Of a stretch of DNA of 64,000 nt, positions 63,681-64,000 are shown piece after piece (position 1 is the first letter of the stretch; every line of letters starts with the position of its first letter). The DNA lies in assembly GCA_963668645.2 (NCBI GenBank), contig CAXXWC010000019.1, positions 160,001 through 224,000 of the forward strand, given 5' to 3'. The notes under the pieces were generated by a model, which had not been told where the DNA came from, searched no databases, and saw nothing but the letters and a program-made list of their open reading frames with translations. The stretch is from Desulfobacterales bacterium (GTDB lineage Bacteria > Desulfobacterota > Desulfobacteria > Desulfobacterales > UBA2174). Made by a program: the position numbers and the translations under genes.

Positions 63681-64000
63681 ATGCCTCCCCCCCAAAATCA
63701 ATCCGATCAATCAAACAAATTCGATCGGCTTCGCCGTCAAGCCGAAGAATTGATCACCCAGCCATCGAATGCAGCCATTGAAGCGCCCACCGATATCCTT
63801 GAGCTGATCCATGAACTCAAAATCCACCAGGCAGAACTGGAGATCCAGAACGAAGAGCTCAAACGGGCGCAACTGGAGCTGACCGACCTGTATCGGCAAT
63901 TCGAAGACCTGTATGAATTTGCCCCGTGCAGCTACCTCAATCTCAGCCCAAAGGGATTGGTTACCCGCATCAATCTGGCCGGGGTGATGCTTTTAGGTGA
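63681..64000 (+). CDS. PAS-domain sensor (probably histidine kinase), runs off window
   Basis: Translated by hand: LRRQAEE..IHELKIHQAELEIQNEEL..LYEFAP; frame open to window end. Confidence 0.8.
   Translation, partial: MPPPQNQSDQSNKFDRLRRQAEELITQPSNAAIEAPTDILELIHELKIHQAELEIQNEELKRAQLELTDLYRQFEDLYEFAPCSYLNLSPKGLVTRINLAGVMLLG

Overview
The window looks like chromosome from a sulfate-reducing deltaproteobacterium (Desulfobacterales-like; inferred from gene content) and has two parts. (1) About 1-36.3 kb is GC-rich core-like DNA. It carries prpE-like acyl-CoA synthetase, tmcDCBA plus a response regulator, HD/GalT-like/rsmI/ADP-forming acyl-CoA ligase/PPTase/beta-CASP genes and a 10-kb oxygen-defence cluster (rbr, dfx, flavodoxin, cydAB, triheme cytochrome, rubredoxin, fprA/roo, ferredoxin, small Cys proteins). 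It also carries a cobalamin-riboswitch-controlled TonB receptor, a MocR regulator with divergent DUF2917/DUF3303-like genes and an RND efflux system. (2) From about 36.4 kb to the end is a visibly AT-richer accessory region. It opens with a RelA/SpoT-type small alarmone synthetase and continues with an hflK-hflC-ftsH-lapA-like module, small exported proteins (BON, DUF3309, repeat-containing OmpA), a frameshifted cyclic beta-1,2-glucan synthase, an IS-truncated cardiolipin synthase, a CheB-CheR-PAS fusion and a PAS sensor. Two decayed IS elements lie within it. The most notable unannotated signal is that two promoters 10 kb apart in this region share tandem 16-bp TGGTCA-N4-TGACCA palindromes 100-101 bp upstream of sigma54-like GG-N10-GA boxes, suggesting a dedicated sigma54 envelope-stress regulon. 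No tRNA, rRNA, CRISPR array or integrase was seen. All family calls are from motif recognition, not database searches.
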